In this document: positions 37,837 to 47,561 of the stretch, piece by piece
Position numbering within the stretch: the first letter of the stretch is position 1
Layout: each line of letters opens with the position of its first letter
NCBI GenBank assembly: GCA_043805415.1
Contig: JAZDHZ010000035.1
Coordinates: forward strand, 8,557 to 72,556
From: Candidatus Omnitrophota bacterium
GTDB taxonomy: Bacteria > Omnitrophota > Gorgyraeia > B26-G9
Direction of reading: 5' to 3'
DNA length: 64,000 nucleotides
Notes under the pieces: model-generated
The model's database searches: none
The model's input: the letters and a program-made list of their open reading frames with translations, nothing else
What the model was told of the DNA's origin: nothing
Position numbers and translations under genes: made by a program

Positions 37837-39087
37837 TTATTTAAAATCTTCTTTCCAAACAACAGGATTTTCAGATTTGGTCATAGCAATTTTTTCACCT
37901 GGCACAATCGCTAAAATATCAAAGAAATCCCATTCATTCTTCATTTGATCAGGCGCTTTCCCCTGCAATACAACACAGCTGGTCACTGCCTGGTGATCAA
38001 ATCCTTTAAAATATTCTTCATCCTTTAATAAAGTGAATTTATGGTCTTCCAGAGCCAGCGCGACCTTTTCTGCTTCAAAAGTACCTGCGCGCTCTACCGC
38101 GTCAGCATACGCGAAAATAGCAACCCACGCTGACGCCGCGGCACTGCCTGGATAACGGCTATAACGTTCCTTAAATTTAGTTACAAACTCCTTTGAACCC
38201 GGGTATTTATCTTCTAACTGCCATTCCCAGATAGATGAACAAAGAACACCCTCCATATATTTGGCGCCCGCGCCTTTAGCCATATTCAGCTCCATTAAAG
38301 GCACAACAATTTTCATATCCGCGCTCAAGCCCATTGCTCCGGCTTGCTGCAGGCAGTTAACCATATCTTTTCCAAACTCAGCCAGGACCAATACATCGGG
38401 TTGGGCTTGCTTTGCTTTTAAAAGATATTTAACAAAACTTTTTTCTCCCAAAGGAGCTAAAACCGTGCCGACTGTTGTTGTTCCCGCGGCTTCTAAAACC
38501 TCGCGGGTAGACTTCTCTACACTCCAGCCCCAAGTATAATCCGCGGTGATATAAAAATATTTTGCTTGTTTTCCATATTTATCCAGCAATGCGCTGGCCA
38601 TTGCCTTTGCCGACTGATGCGCATTATTAAACCAGCGAAAACCATAGCGATTAATTTCCTGCTTGCTGCCTTCAAATCCTGTAGTCGCGTTGGAATGACT
38701 AAGCGCGCACATATAAATTTTCTTGCGTTCTCCAGCCACTTTAATCTGAGCAATCGCTTCAGAACTAGCTGAACCGCCTGTAACCATAACCGCGCCGTGA
38801 ACATCATATAATTCTTCGGCATTTTTTCCTGATAATGCGGCATTAGTTTCACTGTCTTTTGAAATATATACAACTTCCTTACCTAATATTCCGCCTTTTT
38901 TATTTACTTCTTCAATCGCAATTTTATATGCTCTTAATTCATCTTCTCCCTGGTCTTGATATGAACCGGTCAAAGGACAATTTAAACCTATTGTTACAGT
39001 GTCTTGCGCGGCAGCAACAATTTTGACGCTGAAAATAAGACACACCAAAACTAATCCCATTATTACACATACTTTGAATTTAAACAT
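37837..39087 (-). CDS. Periplasmic solute-binding protein, LivJ/LivK (branched-chain amino-acid/amide) type
   Basis: 416 aa; signal peptide; type I PBP. Confidence 0.55.
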   Translation of the reverse strand: MFKFKVCVIMGLVLVCLIFSVKIVAAAQDTVTIGLNCPLTGSYQDQGEDELRAYKIAIEEVNKKGGILGKEVVYISKDSETNAALSGKNAEELYDVHGAVMVTGGSASSEAIAQIKVAGERKKIYMCALSHSNATTGFEGSKQEINRYGFRWFNNAHQSAKAMASALLDKYGKQAKYFYITADYTWGWSVEKSTREVLEAAGTTTVGTVLAPLGEKSFVKYLLKAKQAQPDVLVLAEFGKDMVNCLQQAGAMGLSADMKIVVPLMELNMAKGAGAKYMEGVLCSSIWEWQLEDKYPGSKEFVTKFKERYSRYPGSAAASAWVAIFAYADAVERAGTFEAEKVALALEDHKFTLLKDEEYFKGFDHQAVTSCVVLQGKAPDQMKNEWDFFDILAIVPGEKIAMTKSENPVVWKEDFK

Positions 39088-39491
39088 TACTCACGCCCCC
39101 CCTTCAGGTTAAAAATAAATTACACTCACTTTATTTATTATAATTCCTATGCTTTTATTTTTCAAGTCTTTTTAACTTTTCCAGCCAAAATAAAATTCTT
39201 ATATTCAGCGATGCCTGAGCATTATCCCGCGCATCAGCTTAATTAAAACTCCGGAATAATAAGGGTTTTAATTTATATTTATTATTATATCTTCTCCGCC
39301 CAGATCAGCAAAAACTAGTTTTAGTAATAAAATCAAGTTACTGCGCGTTGGCTAAATGTTTATTTTTCCTGTTTAAATTGCTTTGAACCAAATATATTGA
39401 TTCCGCTATTTCGCATTTCTATAATCTTAAAACAGTAATTAAAAAGTGGACCAATGCGACGCGAAACCAATATTGGCCCACTTCTAATTAA

Positions 39492-40673
39492 TTAAAAAGT
39501 ATAGATCACTGAAGCTTGGATACGAGATGCGTCAGCAGCTGTCTCTACGTCTTTATATTTTGTTTCCATGTTGGAAAGCTCAAGACCAAGTTTAACAGCT
39601 TCGTTTAAATTATACAGCACATTTGCGTACATGATTTCATTCTTCGCTTTGCCAGTGAGAGTAGTCAGATAAACATCATCCGGATCATCCACGCCATAGC
39701 CGACATTAAAACTAAAGTCCTCAAACGGTCCAAAAGCAAATGCTAACCAATAACCAGTAGCATCAATGCTTTCCCCGGCAGTAGTGTTGACCCCCTGGCC
39801 AATACCGCCTAAGAAAGTAGAAACATTGGTGCCTGACCAGAATTCAGTTTTAAGACTGATCTTATCTGCCAAAGGCAGGTCAAAATCTAATGCCAATAAA
39901 GAAACATCATAATCTGTAGATGTTGTTTTAGCGGCGTTTGTATATTCTGTTTGCGAACCGCTTGCCGCGGAAATACCAATTGTTGATTTCTTTTCGGTTA
40001 ATAAAGGAAGGGTCAGTGCTACGCGGCCTTCCCAGATCGGCGAAGCATTATCAACTCCGGTATCTACGGTTGAATAGGCTGCGGTAGCTGCGGCATTTCC
40101 GATATTTCTTGCTGCTGCTAACTGAAACAGCAATTTCATATCATTATCCATTTCTATACCCTTGCTTACCCGAACCTGCGGTCTGCGGTACTGAACATTT
40201 CCCTGCCACCACATTACTGAATAGTTAAGCGTAGTTGGGTTTAAGGGAGCAACAACATCCCAGGTCTGACCAGCAAGTAAACTTAAATCCATATCAGTCC
40301 AGTTTACTTCAACATAAGCATGACGCATATACATCTCTGCTTTGTTTTGACCTACGCTGGTATCAAAAAAGTCAACTTCCAATAAGCCATTGGTAATCAT
40401 ATCTTCATAATCAGGTCCGGCAAATTTCAAGCCCAGGCGGGTTTCTGAAGCAGTAAGATTCATGGCAGATATATCTTTCGCTGTGGCTTCACTGGCAACC
40501 CATTGCCCATAGTTACCATTAACAACCTGTGAATCATCCAGCGAGAGATCAGCTTTTATTTTACCATAAAATGTAACATCGTATTTTGATTCTACGCTTG
40601 AAGCAAAAACAATCCCATTGAATCCGATTATTAATAATAGCATTGCTACTATTAACAATGTGTTTCTTGTCAT
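39492..40673 (-). CDS. Outer-membrane beta-barrel porin
   Basis: 393 aa; signal peptide; alternating amphipathic beta-strand pattern; C-terminal ...ASVIYTF. Confidence 0.55.
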   Translation of the reverse strand: MTRNTLLIVAMLLLIIGFNGIVFASSVESKYDVTFYGKIKADLSLDDSQVVNGNYGQWVASEATAKDISAMNLTASETRLGLKFAGPDYEDMITNGLLEVDFFDTSVGQNKAEMYMRHAYVEVNWTDMDLSLLAGQTWDVVAPLNPTTLNYSVMWWQGNVQYRRPQVRVSKGIEMDNDMKLLFQLAAARNIGNAAATAAYSTVDTGVDNASPIWEGRVALTLPLLTEKKSTIGISAASGSQTEYTNAAKTTSTDYDVSLLALDFDLPLADKISLKTEFWSGTNVSTFLGGIGQGVNTTAGESIDATGYWLAFAFGPFEDFSFNVGYGVDDPDDVYLTTLTGKAKNEIMYANVLYNLNEAVKLGLELSNMETKYKDVETAADASRIQASVIYTF

Positions 40674-40781
40674 TTTATCCTCCTTGATAAGATTATTATT
40701 TCTTATTTCAATATTTAGACTTGAAGCAACACATTAAATAACTGTTAGCGCCAACACTTACTAGCTTGGATATTAATTTTA

Positions 40782-40789
40782 CCCCCCCC
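40782..40789. repeat. Homopolymeric C8 (G8 on gene strand) tract ~110 nt upstream of porin start
   Basis: acccccccct at 40781-40790. Confidence 0.9.
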
Positions 40790-41055
40790 TTCTTAAACAG
40801 ATTAAGGTTGCCATGATAATTAGTTTACTTTTATTCTATTATTTATATAATATCAGCATATAATAATTATTGTCAAGTTTTTTTATCTTTAGTAAAAGTT
40901 TGTACTGAAATATCTAATTATTATTTTACTTTTTGTTCTCCTTTAATAATAGCGGAGGACCGCGCGGTTTTTAAATTTATCCCCATCCCCAAATAGTCTA
41001 ATATTTCCTTTTTAATAATTATTATTATCCAGCTCTGCTGAAAAAACTTTATAAT

Positions 41056-41439
41056 TTATTCATTCAATGCTTTTTGCGCTATTTCCAGTAATTCACCTTC
41101 AAGAAACGGCTTATACAGCTGATATGTCCTTCCCCCGGCATCAACAAATTCCATTTCCTTAAATATGGGATCCTTATCCGTGTTTCCAGTCATAAAGATC
41201 ATTGTCGCGCTTTTATTCATTGCCTTTATCGCTTGACAAGTTTGAATGCCGTCTTTTCCCGGCAAAACAAGATCTATAAAAACAAGATCATATTCATTTT
41301 TATTGATCATTTCCAAAGCTTGATCAGCATCATAAGCACTGTCTACCTGATAGCCATGTTCTCCGAGCTCTTTTTCAAATGCGCGGCAAATAATATGTTC
41401 ATCATCTATAACCAGGACTTTTTTCCCTGTGTTCAGCAC
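41056..41439 (-). CDS. Stand-alone response-regulator receiver (CheY-like)
   Basis: 127 aa; conserved D(D/E) pocket, phospho-acceptor Asp in VFIDLVLPGKDG, T and K signature residues. Confidence 0.8.
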   Translation of the reverse strand: MLNTGKKVLVIDDEHIICRAFEKELGEHGYQVDSAYDADQALEMINKNEYDLVFIDLVLPGKDGIQTCQAIKAMNKSATMIFMTGNTDKDPIFKEMEFVDAGGRTYQLYKPFLEGELLEIAQKALNE

Positions 41440-41840
41440 CCATGCCCCCTTTCAAAAAAATCTGTTGTGATTCTTACGATATCTTCTCCGCCAAAAGGTT
41501 TTTCCATGATTTCCAAACAGCCTCCCAGAGAATCAAACACTACCCGCCTTTCTTTTAGCTTGGATAAATACCCGGACATAAGCACTATTTTCATATCAGC
41601 ATTTTCCGTTTTTAGCTGTTTGCATACTTCCACCCCATCAATCCCCGGTAAAATTAAATCCACCAGAGCCATTTTAAATTTATTTTTTTTCGCTAAGGCC
41701 AAGGCTTCTTCTCCTGTTGCCGCCAAGCCTACTTCATAGCCTTCCATTTCCAGAATTTTCTGTGCCGCACGGCAAACAATTCTTTCATCATCAACAACCA
41801 AAACTTTATTCTCCATACTAGCACCCCTTCCTTTTTTCAA
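41433..41840 (-). CDS. Stand-alone response-regulator receiver (CheY-like)
   Basis: 135 aa; VLVVDDE...ALVDLILPGIDG. Confidence 0.8.
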   Translation of the reverse strand: MKKGRGASMENKVLVVDDERIVCRAAQKILEMEGYEVGLAATGEEALALAKKNKFKMALVDLILPGIDGVEVCKQLKTENADMKIVLMSGYLSKLKERRVVFDSLGGCLEIMEKPFGGEDIVRITTDFFERGHGC

Positions 41841-42207
41841 TAAGAATAGTTGTTATTGTATCTTTTAATTCTCCAGGGCTTAAAGGTTTGCGCAGAAAAA
41901 AATCACGCCCGCCGGCTTTGATAAACTCCATCCAATTCTTCTGCATTTCCTCATGATAGCCGGACATAAGCACCACTTCAGTCCGCTGACTTATTTTTTT
42001 TATTTCTTCACACAATTCAAGGCCGTTTAATCCCGGCATAATAAGATCAGTGAGAATAATATCAAACTGTTCATTATTTGCTTTTTCAATCGCTTCAGCC
42101 GCGGATGAAACAGTGATAACACTATAATCCTGATCTTCTAATTCTTTTTTATAAGCGCGTAAAACGATTTTTTCATCGTCAACTATCATTATTTTGGCCT
42201 TACACAC
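41818..42207 (-). CDS. Stand-alone response-regulator receiver (CheY-like)
   Basis: 129 aa; IMIVDDE...ILTDLIMPGLNG. Confidence 0.8.
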   Translation of the reverse strand: MCKAKIMIVDDEKIVLRAYKKELEDQDYSVITVSSAAEAIEKANNEQFDIILTDLIMPGLNGLELCEEIKKISQRTEVVLMSGYHEEMQKNWMEFIKAGGRDFFLRKPLSPGELKDTITTILIEKRKGC

Positions 42208-42221
42208 ATAAGTTCCTTTCT

Positions 42222-45200
42222 TTAATTTGCTGGAAATCTAATTGTAAAAATCGTACCCTGGCCTTCTTTACTATTAACAGCAATCGTTCCTTTGTGATTT
42301 TCTACGATTTTGTATACAATCGATAAACCCAGTCCCACTCCGCCGCCAGGCCGCTTTGTGGTAAAAAACGGGTCAAATATTTTTTTCAAATTCTCTTGGG
42401 GAATTCCCGTTCCCCTATCTTCAAACAGCATCTCCACATAAGACTTACCCGCAATCTTTATATTATGCGTAGCTATTCTGAACACTCCATTTGCAAAAGA
42501 AGCGTCACAGGCATTACTCATCATATTTATTATAATCTGCTGAATCTGATTTTCATTAGCAGTTATTTTCCATAAATCAGGCTCAAGCGCGGTTTCTATT
42601 CCTACTCCCTTTTGCTTGAGCTGATATGCCGTAAAACTCAGAGTTGTTTGTATCGCTTCATTGCAATCAACCTCTTCTACTTCGCCGGTTGACTGCCGAG
42701 AAAAAGTATTTAGTCCCTTGATTATTTTCGCCATGTGCTCAGAAGCTTTTTCCATTTCCGCCAAGTCCGCGTATTCTACGCTGTTTGGGTCTTTCTCCTT
42801 TTTATATGAGCGAAGCAAGCTTAATATTCCGGCCAAGGGACTGTTTAACTCATGAGCTACTCCTGCGCCAAGCTGTCCAAGGCTGGCCAGTTTTTCCGCC
42901 TGCATCAGCTGTTCCTGGATTAATTTAAGTGTTTGATTGGCTTTTAATAATTCCTCGGCTTTTTGTTTTTCGACTCTAGCCGCGGCTTGGGCGGCAAAAA
43001 TCTCTTTTTCCTGCTGTTCTATTTTTTTATCCTCAGTCACATCGTCATAGACTGAAATAAGTTCGCCACTAGCCACTTTATATACATAATTCCGTCTCCA
43101 GCCCTCAATCCTGCTGTCTTTATAAATTTTATCCGCCAAACGCTCTGGGGTTCCGGTTAGAAATACCCGTTTCAGAACATCTAAAAGCCCAAATTCCCGC
43201 GCCCCGGGAAAAACTTCGGTTACCCGCTTGCCAATCACATCCGCTTTGCTGATCTTTTCAATTATTTCTCCGGCTTTATTAAAATCTTGAAAAATAAAAT
43301 CAGCGCCATTCTCAATCGCTTTAAATATTGCTACACCGCTGCTCATATTATCAACTAATTGCTGAAATTGCTTATTATTTTCAATTAAAGCTGCTTCGGC
43401 TTTTTTCCGTTCGCTGATAAACCGCGCCTGCTGGATATTCTGATAAGCCGCCGAAGACAGCAGATTCGCCATTACAAACAAAGTATCCGCCACATTTTGA
43501 AACTGAGTTTTCGACATTACCGGGACTTCTTCAAAAGCTCTCATAAACTCTTCAGGGTCAGCGCCTATTTCATAAGCATATTTTTTTATTTTATTTTTTT
43601 CCTGCTCTTCATTTCTAACCTGTCCAATCAGCCAATTGGCAATGTGTTTTCCGCCAACTGTAATACTCGCTCCGGCATCCCATAATCCAGCGCTTAAACA
43701 GGCCTGTATAGTTGCGCCTTTCTCACTATACTTGCCAATAACCGCGTCAGAGTGCAAACAATTTATCAAGCCTTTTTCGGTTTTTCGGATAATATCTTTG
43801 CAAAGCCGGCAAAAATTACTCGGCTGGGTTATCGGCATTCCATCAGTTTGCGTAATAATCGAAGCAACATTAGCTGATTTAGCAAAAAGATCCTGCAGCT
43901 CTTGGATTTCTTTAATATTAAATAAAACATCAAAATCAATGCCTTCTGCTTCATTCAGCGGCTGTGCCATGGCAATAATCCGTTTTTCCAAAGCTGTTTC
44001 CAGTAATTTGCGCGGAGTAATATCAAGCCCGTAAATATTAATATAATGCTGTTCTAATATAGGGGTAAGTGTCAGCAAAAATGTTTTTTCCTTGCATTTT
44101 TTTTCCACAGTCTTGATTTTACCAGAAGCGTATGTTTGCGCTATAATATCCAAAAGGTCTTTATCTAATCCTTGTTTAATACTCCATGCTTCTAAACAAT
44201 GTTTTGCGCCTTTATTGGCATACATAATTTCTCCCCGCGCGGAAAACCGCATTACCGGACTGGGGTTTTCCTCGGGAAATTTGGCTAAATTATTTATCAA
44301 CTCTTGTGTTTTTTTGCGATGGGTAATATCAAGAATAAGACATATCCCCTGATCATTGCGCTCATTTAAAGTCGTTACTCCGATAAGAATCGGTATTCTT
44401 GTGTTGTTTTTATGAATATATTCTTTTTCAAACGGGATGATTGTTTCCTGTTTTTGAAGCAATTTCAGCATGCGCTCATCTTGTGCTAAATATTCAGGCG
44501 GAGTTATTGCCCGCCAGTTTATTTTTCCTTCAATCAGCTCTTGCTTTGTATATCCCACCATATCCAGAAAAGCTTTATTCGCGTCGCTTATCCGGCCCTG
44601 GGCATCCCAGAAAAAAATGCCGAACATATTTGAATCAACTATTCTTCTTAACCGCTCCTGGTTTTCCAGTACGGATTCTTCTGCCTTTTTGATTTCAGTA
44701 ATATCCTGAAAAGTGCCTCTTAATTTAATAACTTTTCCGTGTTTTTTTACAACTTCGCCAATCGCTCTGACCCATTTTAAATTACCTTTTTTTGTTTTAA
44801 ACTGAGCATCAAACCGCATCGGCTGCTCAGTTTCAGCCAAGTCCCGCATCTTTTTAGCAATCATCGCTTGGTATTCCGGAGGATACCATTTAACATGTTC
44901 ATTTATATCCGGAATAGGCTCATCATAATCCAGCTCAACTATATCATAAGTTCCTTTTGTCCAGGTTGGTTTGCCGCCTTGCTCAAGATCAAATTCCCAA
45001 CCGCCGATTTTCGCGATCTCCCCTACTTTATTTAATAACCTTTGTCTTTCCTCTAAACTTTCCGCGGTTTTTTTGCTCTCGGTAATATCCGTATGCGCGG
45101 CAACAATAACTTCCCCATACTCCCCATGCGCAAACACTGACACATTAGCATGCGATAAGAAGCGTTCACCATTCTTTTTTATATTTGCTACTTCCCCTTG

Positions 45201-46151
45201 CCATTTTCCGGTTTCTTTTAACGCGGCAATAATCTCTTCCGCTCTTTTTTGCGGGTCAGTATCCGCCGGGTCATTAACAATTGAAACATGCTTGCCGATC
45301 ATCTCCCTGGAATCATATCCAAATAGCCGTTCGAAAGCCTGATTAGTATAAATAATTTCCCCATTATCCATTCGGACCAGATAAACCGCTTCCGTGGTAT
45401 TATTAATTATTGCTGAATTAAGCAGCAGCTGGGTTTCAGTTTGTTTACGTAGATTTATATCTAACAATATGCCTTCCAGATACTTAAGTTCTCCGTCAGG
45501 TAAAAAAATCCCTCTGCCTTGTTCATGAATCCAGCATTCCTCTCCGTTTTTCTTCCGGATGCGATACTCAAAGACATAATCGGTTTTATCTGCCAAGGCT
45601 TGACTGACTTTTTGCCTGACCATATCCCTGTCAAGGGGATAAATCATATTTTTAAAATTGTATTTTTTGCTGATAAAATCATCGGCAGTATAGCCGCAAA
45701 GATTTTCAATCCCCCCGCTGATATATTGCATTGTCCACTCCGCGTCATTATTACAGCGATATACTACTCCGGCGAGATTATCGACTAAAGTTTTAATTTC
45801 AATTTCTGATTCATATTTTTTGTCTTGCAGCTGCTCTTCCCTTGCTCTGTTTTCCAGAATTACCGCGAGCATTTTGATAAGATTCCGGACAACCGCCAAA
45901 AACTCAGGATCTTCTTTTTCCAGATTGCCTTTTATTTGAAAATACCCAAAGTTGCTCTCATAAGTCGATATCGCCGCCAATTCCCCGGTTTTATTTTTAT
46001 TATCCTCAAAATAAACAATCTCCAGGCCAATATCCCGCGAATTAATCGCCTCAACAAATAATTCAATAATCCGCTGCTTTTCTTTTAATTGCCCGAGATT
46101 AAGGAACAGCAGTAAAAACTCATGGATTATAACGGATTTATCTTTTGACAT
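42222..46151 (-). CDS. Multi-PAS sensor histidine kinase with PocR-like sensory domain
   Basis: 1309 aa; several PAS/PAC repeats; Cys-containing PocR-like segment (FCRLCKDIIRKTEKGLINCLHSD); HisKA H-box GAGVAHELNSPLAGI; HATPase_c (G-boxes DRGTGIP, GGGVGLGLSIV). Confidence 0.85.
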   Translation of the reverse strand: MSKDKSVIIHEFLLLFLNLGQLKEKQRIIELFVEAINSRDIGLEIVYFEDNKNKTGELAAISTYESNFGYFQIKGNLEKEDPEFLAVVRNLIKMLAVILENRAREEQLQDKKYESEIEIKTLVDNLAGVVYRCNNDAEWTMQYISGGIENLCGYTADDFISKKYNFKNMIYPLDRDMVRQKVSQALADKTDYVFEYRIRKKNGEECWIHEQGRGIFLPDGELKYLEGILLDINLRKQTETQLLLNSAIINNTTEAVYLVRMDNGEIIYTNQAFERLFGYDSREMIGKHVSIVNDPADTDPQKRAEEIIAALKETGKWQGEVANIKKNGERFLSHANVSVFAHGEYGEVIVAAHTDITESKKTAESLEERQRLLNKVGEIAKIGGWEFDLEQGGKPTWTKGTYDIVELDYDEPIPDINEHVKWYPPEYQAMIAKKMRDLAETEQPMRFDAQFKTKKGNLKWVRAIGEVVKKHGKVIKLRGTFQDITEIKKAEESVLENQERLRRIVDSNMFGIFFWDAQGRISDANKAFLDMVGYTKQELIEGKINWRAITPPEYLAQDERMLKLLQKQETIIPFEKEYIHKNNTRIPILIGVTTLNERNDQGICLILDITHRKKTQELINNLAKFPEENPSPVMRFSARGEIMYANKGAKHCLEAWSIKQGLDKDLLDIIAQTYASGKIKTVEKKCKEKTFLLTLTPILEQHYINIYGLDITPRKLLETALEKRIIAMAQPLNEAEGIDFDVLFNIKEIQELQDLFAKSANVASIITQTDGMPITQPSNFCRLCKDIIRKTEKGLINCLHSDAVIGKYSEKGATIQACLSAGLWDAGASITVGGKHIANWLIGQVRNEEQEKNKIKKYAYEIGADPEEFMRAFEEVPVMSKTQFQNVADTLFVMANLLSSAAYQNIQQARFISERKKAEAALIENNKQFQQLVDNMSSGVAIFKAIENGADFIFQDFNKAGEIIEKISKADVIGKRVTEVFPGAREFGLLDVLKRVFLTGTPERLADKIYKDSRIEGWRRNYVYKVASGELISVYDDVTEDKKIEQQEKEIFAAQAAARVEKQKAEELLKANQTLKLIQEQLMQAEKLASLGQLGAGVAHELNSPLAGILSLLRSYKKEKDPNSVEYADLAEMEKASEHMAKIIKGLNTFSRQSTGEVEEVDCNEAIQTTLSFTAYQLKQKGVGIETALEPDLWKITANENQIQQIIINMMSNACDASFANGVFRIATHNIKIAGKSYVEMLFEDRGTGIPQENLKKIFDPFFTTKRPGGGVGLGLSIVYKIVENHKGTIAVNSKEGQGTIFTIRFPAN

Positions 46152-46173
46152 TGACTGGCTTTCTTGTTTAGTT

Positions 46174-46824
46174 TTATTTTTTTAAAAACTTCGGAGCGTG
46201 TTTTGCTAAATAAATATCCGGGTTTACATAATAAGGGTTTTCCGTGATTACTCTGCCGCTGATTGTGTAAGGATGCGTCCTTAATACACCCATGATTATA
46301 TCACCGGAAAATTTTCTAAGATCATACATGCAGAGACCTATCCAGGGCTTTCCGGAAATAAAATAATTAAGCCTGGATTCATAAGCAAGTAAATTTTCTT
46401 TTCCCTGGACAGCTTCCAGGGCCCAGCTCATCGCCCCTATCGTCCGGAGATTTCTTTTGCCGTTTTTCTGGCTTTGACTGTAAAAAGAATTTAGATTCCT
46501 CTCTATATCCTCCAGCGAAAACTTACCGGCGGGATAATAACAATCTTTCGCGGAAACAAACTTAAATACATCTTTGTTTTTTGTCTTGGCAGCGCAGCAA
46601 GGATATTGCTTGGAAAACTTTGTTTCAAATATATCCTGCGTCATTTCGCAAAAACAGTAAAGCTGCAAATCGCCATCTTCCGCTCCCTGATGTAAAAACC
46701 CAAAGAGAATATCATCTCTTTCTTTTTCAGTCGCGTACAAAGCCGCGATATGCAAGCCCCAATTACAGCTATAGCCGCCAAATCCCAGGTCAACTTTTTC
46801 CTGATTAGACGTCTTAATATACAT
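46174..46824 (-). CDS. MEDS-domain protein (DcmR-like sensory/regulatory domain)
   Basis: 216 aa; overall pattern resembles the MEDS domain; located directly upstream of the large histidine kinase. Confidence 0.45.
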   Translation of the reverse strand: MYIKTSNQEKVDLGFGGYSCNWGLHIAALYATEKERDDILFGFLHQGAEDGDLQLYCFCEMTQDIFETKFSKQYPCCAAKTKNKDVFKFVSAKDCYYPAGKFSLEDIERNLNSFYSQSQKNGKRNLRTIGAMSWALEAVQGKENLLAYESRLNYFISGKPWIGLCMYDLRKFSGDIIMGVLRTHPYTISGRVITENPYYVNPDIYLAKHAPKFLKK

Positions 46825-47113
46825 AGCCCCCCCTAAAAAATAAAAGACAGCCTTTTAAATGCAAAGCTGTCCTTCCTATACCTGCCTGATCCTGCATTCA
46901 AAAAAACATCCTGACAAAATCCATATATTAATCTATTCCTTTGCTTGAGATAAGTCAAGCAAAAAGCAGGGGTAATTAAGCGCTCAATCCTAGTCTCAAT
47001 CATAACTTAACTCTTTAGTCTTGTTATCCTGCTCAGAAAGCCTAGACTTCAAAGCAATAAATCCCACCCTTTTTACAAAGAGTGGGATTTATTATTTACT
47101 TTTTATATTCTGT

Positions 47114-47317
47114 TTAACTTTTATGCGTTAAACAAATCTTATATTCTCCATTAGCTTCTATTTTAACATGCCCTTCGCGAGCAAGCCAGCCAAGACTCAT
47201 CAGAACTATTTGCTTTGGCTGTTTTATACCATCAATAAGTTTAGACAGTTTTATCGTTCCGTTTTCGTCTAAAAAGTGCCAAATATCTCCTGCCACAATT
47301 CCTATCTCTAGTATCAT
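47114..47317 (-). CDS. Small winged-helix-like protein (hypothetical)
   Basis: 67 aa; good coding appearance; predicted helix-turn-wing topology. Confidence 0.35.
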   Translation of the reverse strand: MILEIGIVAGDIWHFLDENGTIKLSKLIDGIKQPKQIVLMSLGWLAREGHVKIEANGEYKICLTHKS

Positions 47318-47339
47318 TCAAGCCTCCTAAGTATTGTTT

Positions 47340-47531
47340 TTAATCCGCATTATCTTCCTCTGAAAACTCAGCATTGTCAGAATTCCAAGAAGAAAGAGAT
47401 TTAAACCGTACCGGATTCAACCTTACAATCTCAAAATCCTCATCACACTCAGAACAATACACAATTTCACCAACGCTAAAGTTATCACTATCGTCAAGAA
47501 AAGCACGACATGAAGGACATTTCACAACCAT
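47340..47531 (-). CDS. LysW/ArgW-like zinc-ribbon protein (amino-group carrier protein family-like)
   Basis: 63 aa; MVVKCPSCRAFL...GEIVYCSECDEDFEIVRLNPV...acidic C-terminal tail (EFSEEDNAD). Parallels Thermus LysW (MVGTCPECGAEL..GELVVCEDCGAELEVVGLDPL..EEEEDWGE). Confidence 0.45.
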   Translation of the reverse strand: MVVKCPSCRAFLDDSDNFSVGEIVYCSECDEDFEIVRLNPVRFKSLSSWNSDNAEFSEEDNAD

Positions 47532-47561
47532 TACCGACTCCTTTCAAATTAATAATTTAAA

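Noticed and set aside
39096-39102. G7 tract immediately upstream of the LivJ-like SBP start codon as a phase-variation site
   Set aside because: It sits 9-15 nt upstream of the ATG and most simply serves as the Shine-Dalgarno sequence; slippage potential is noted but not reported as a finding.
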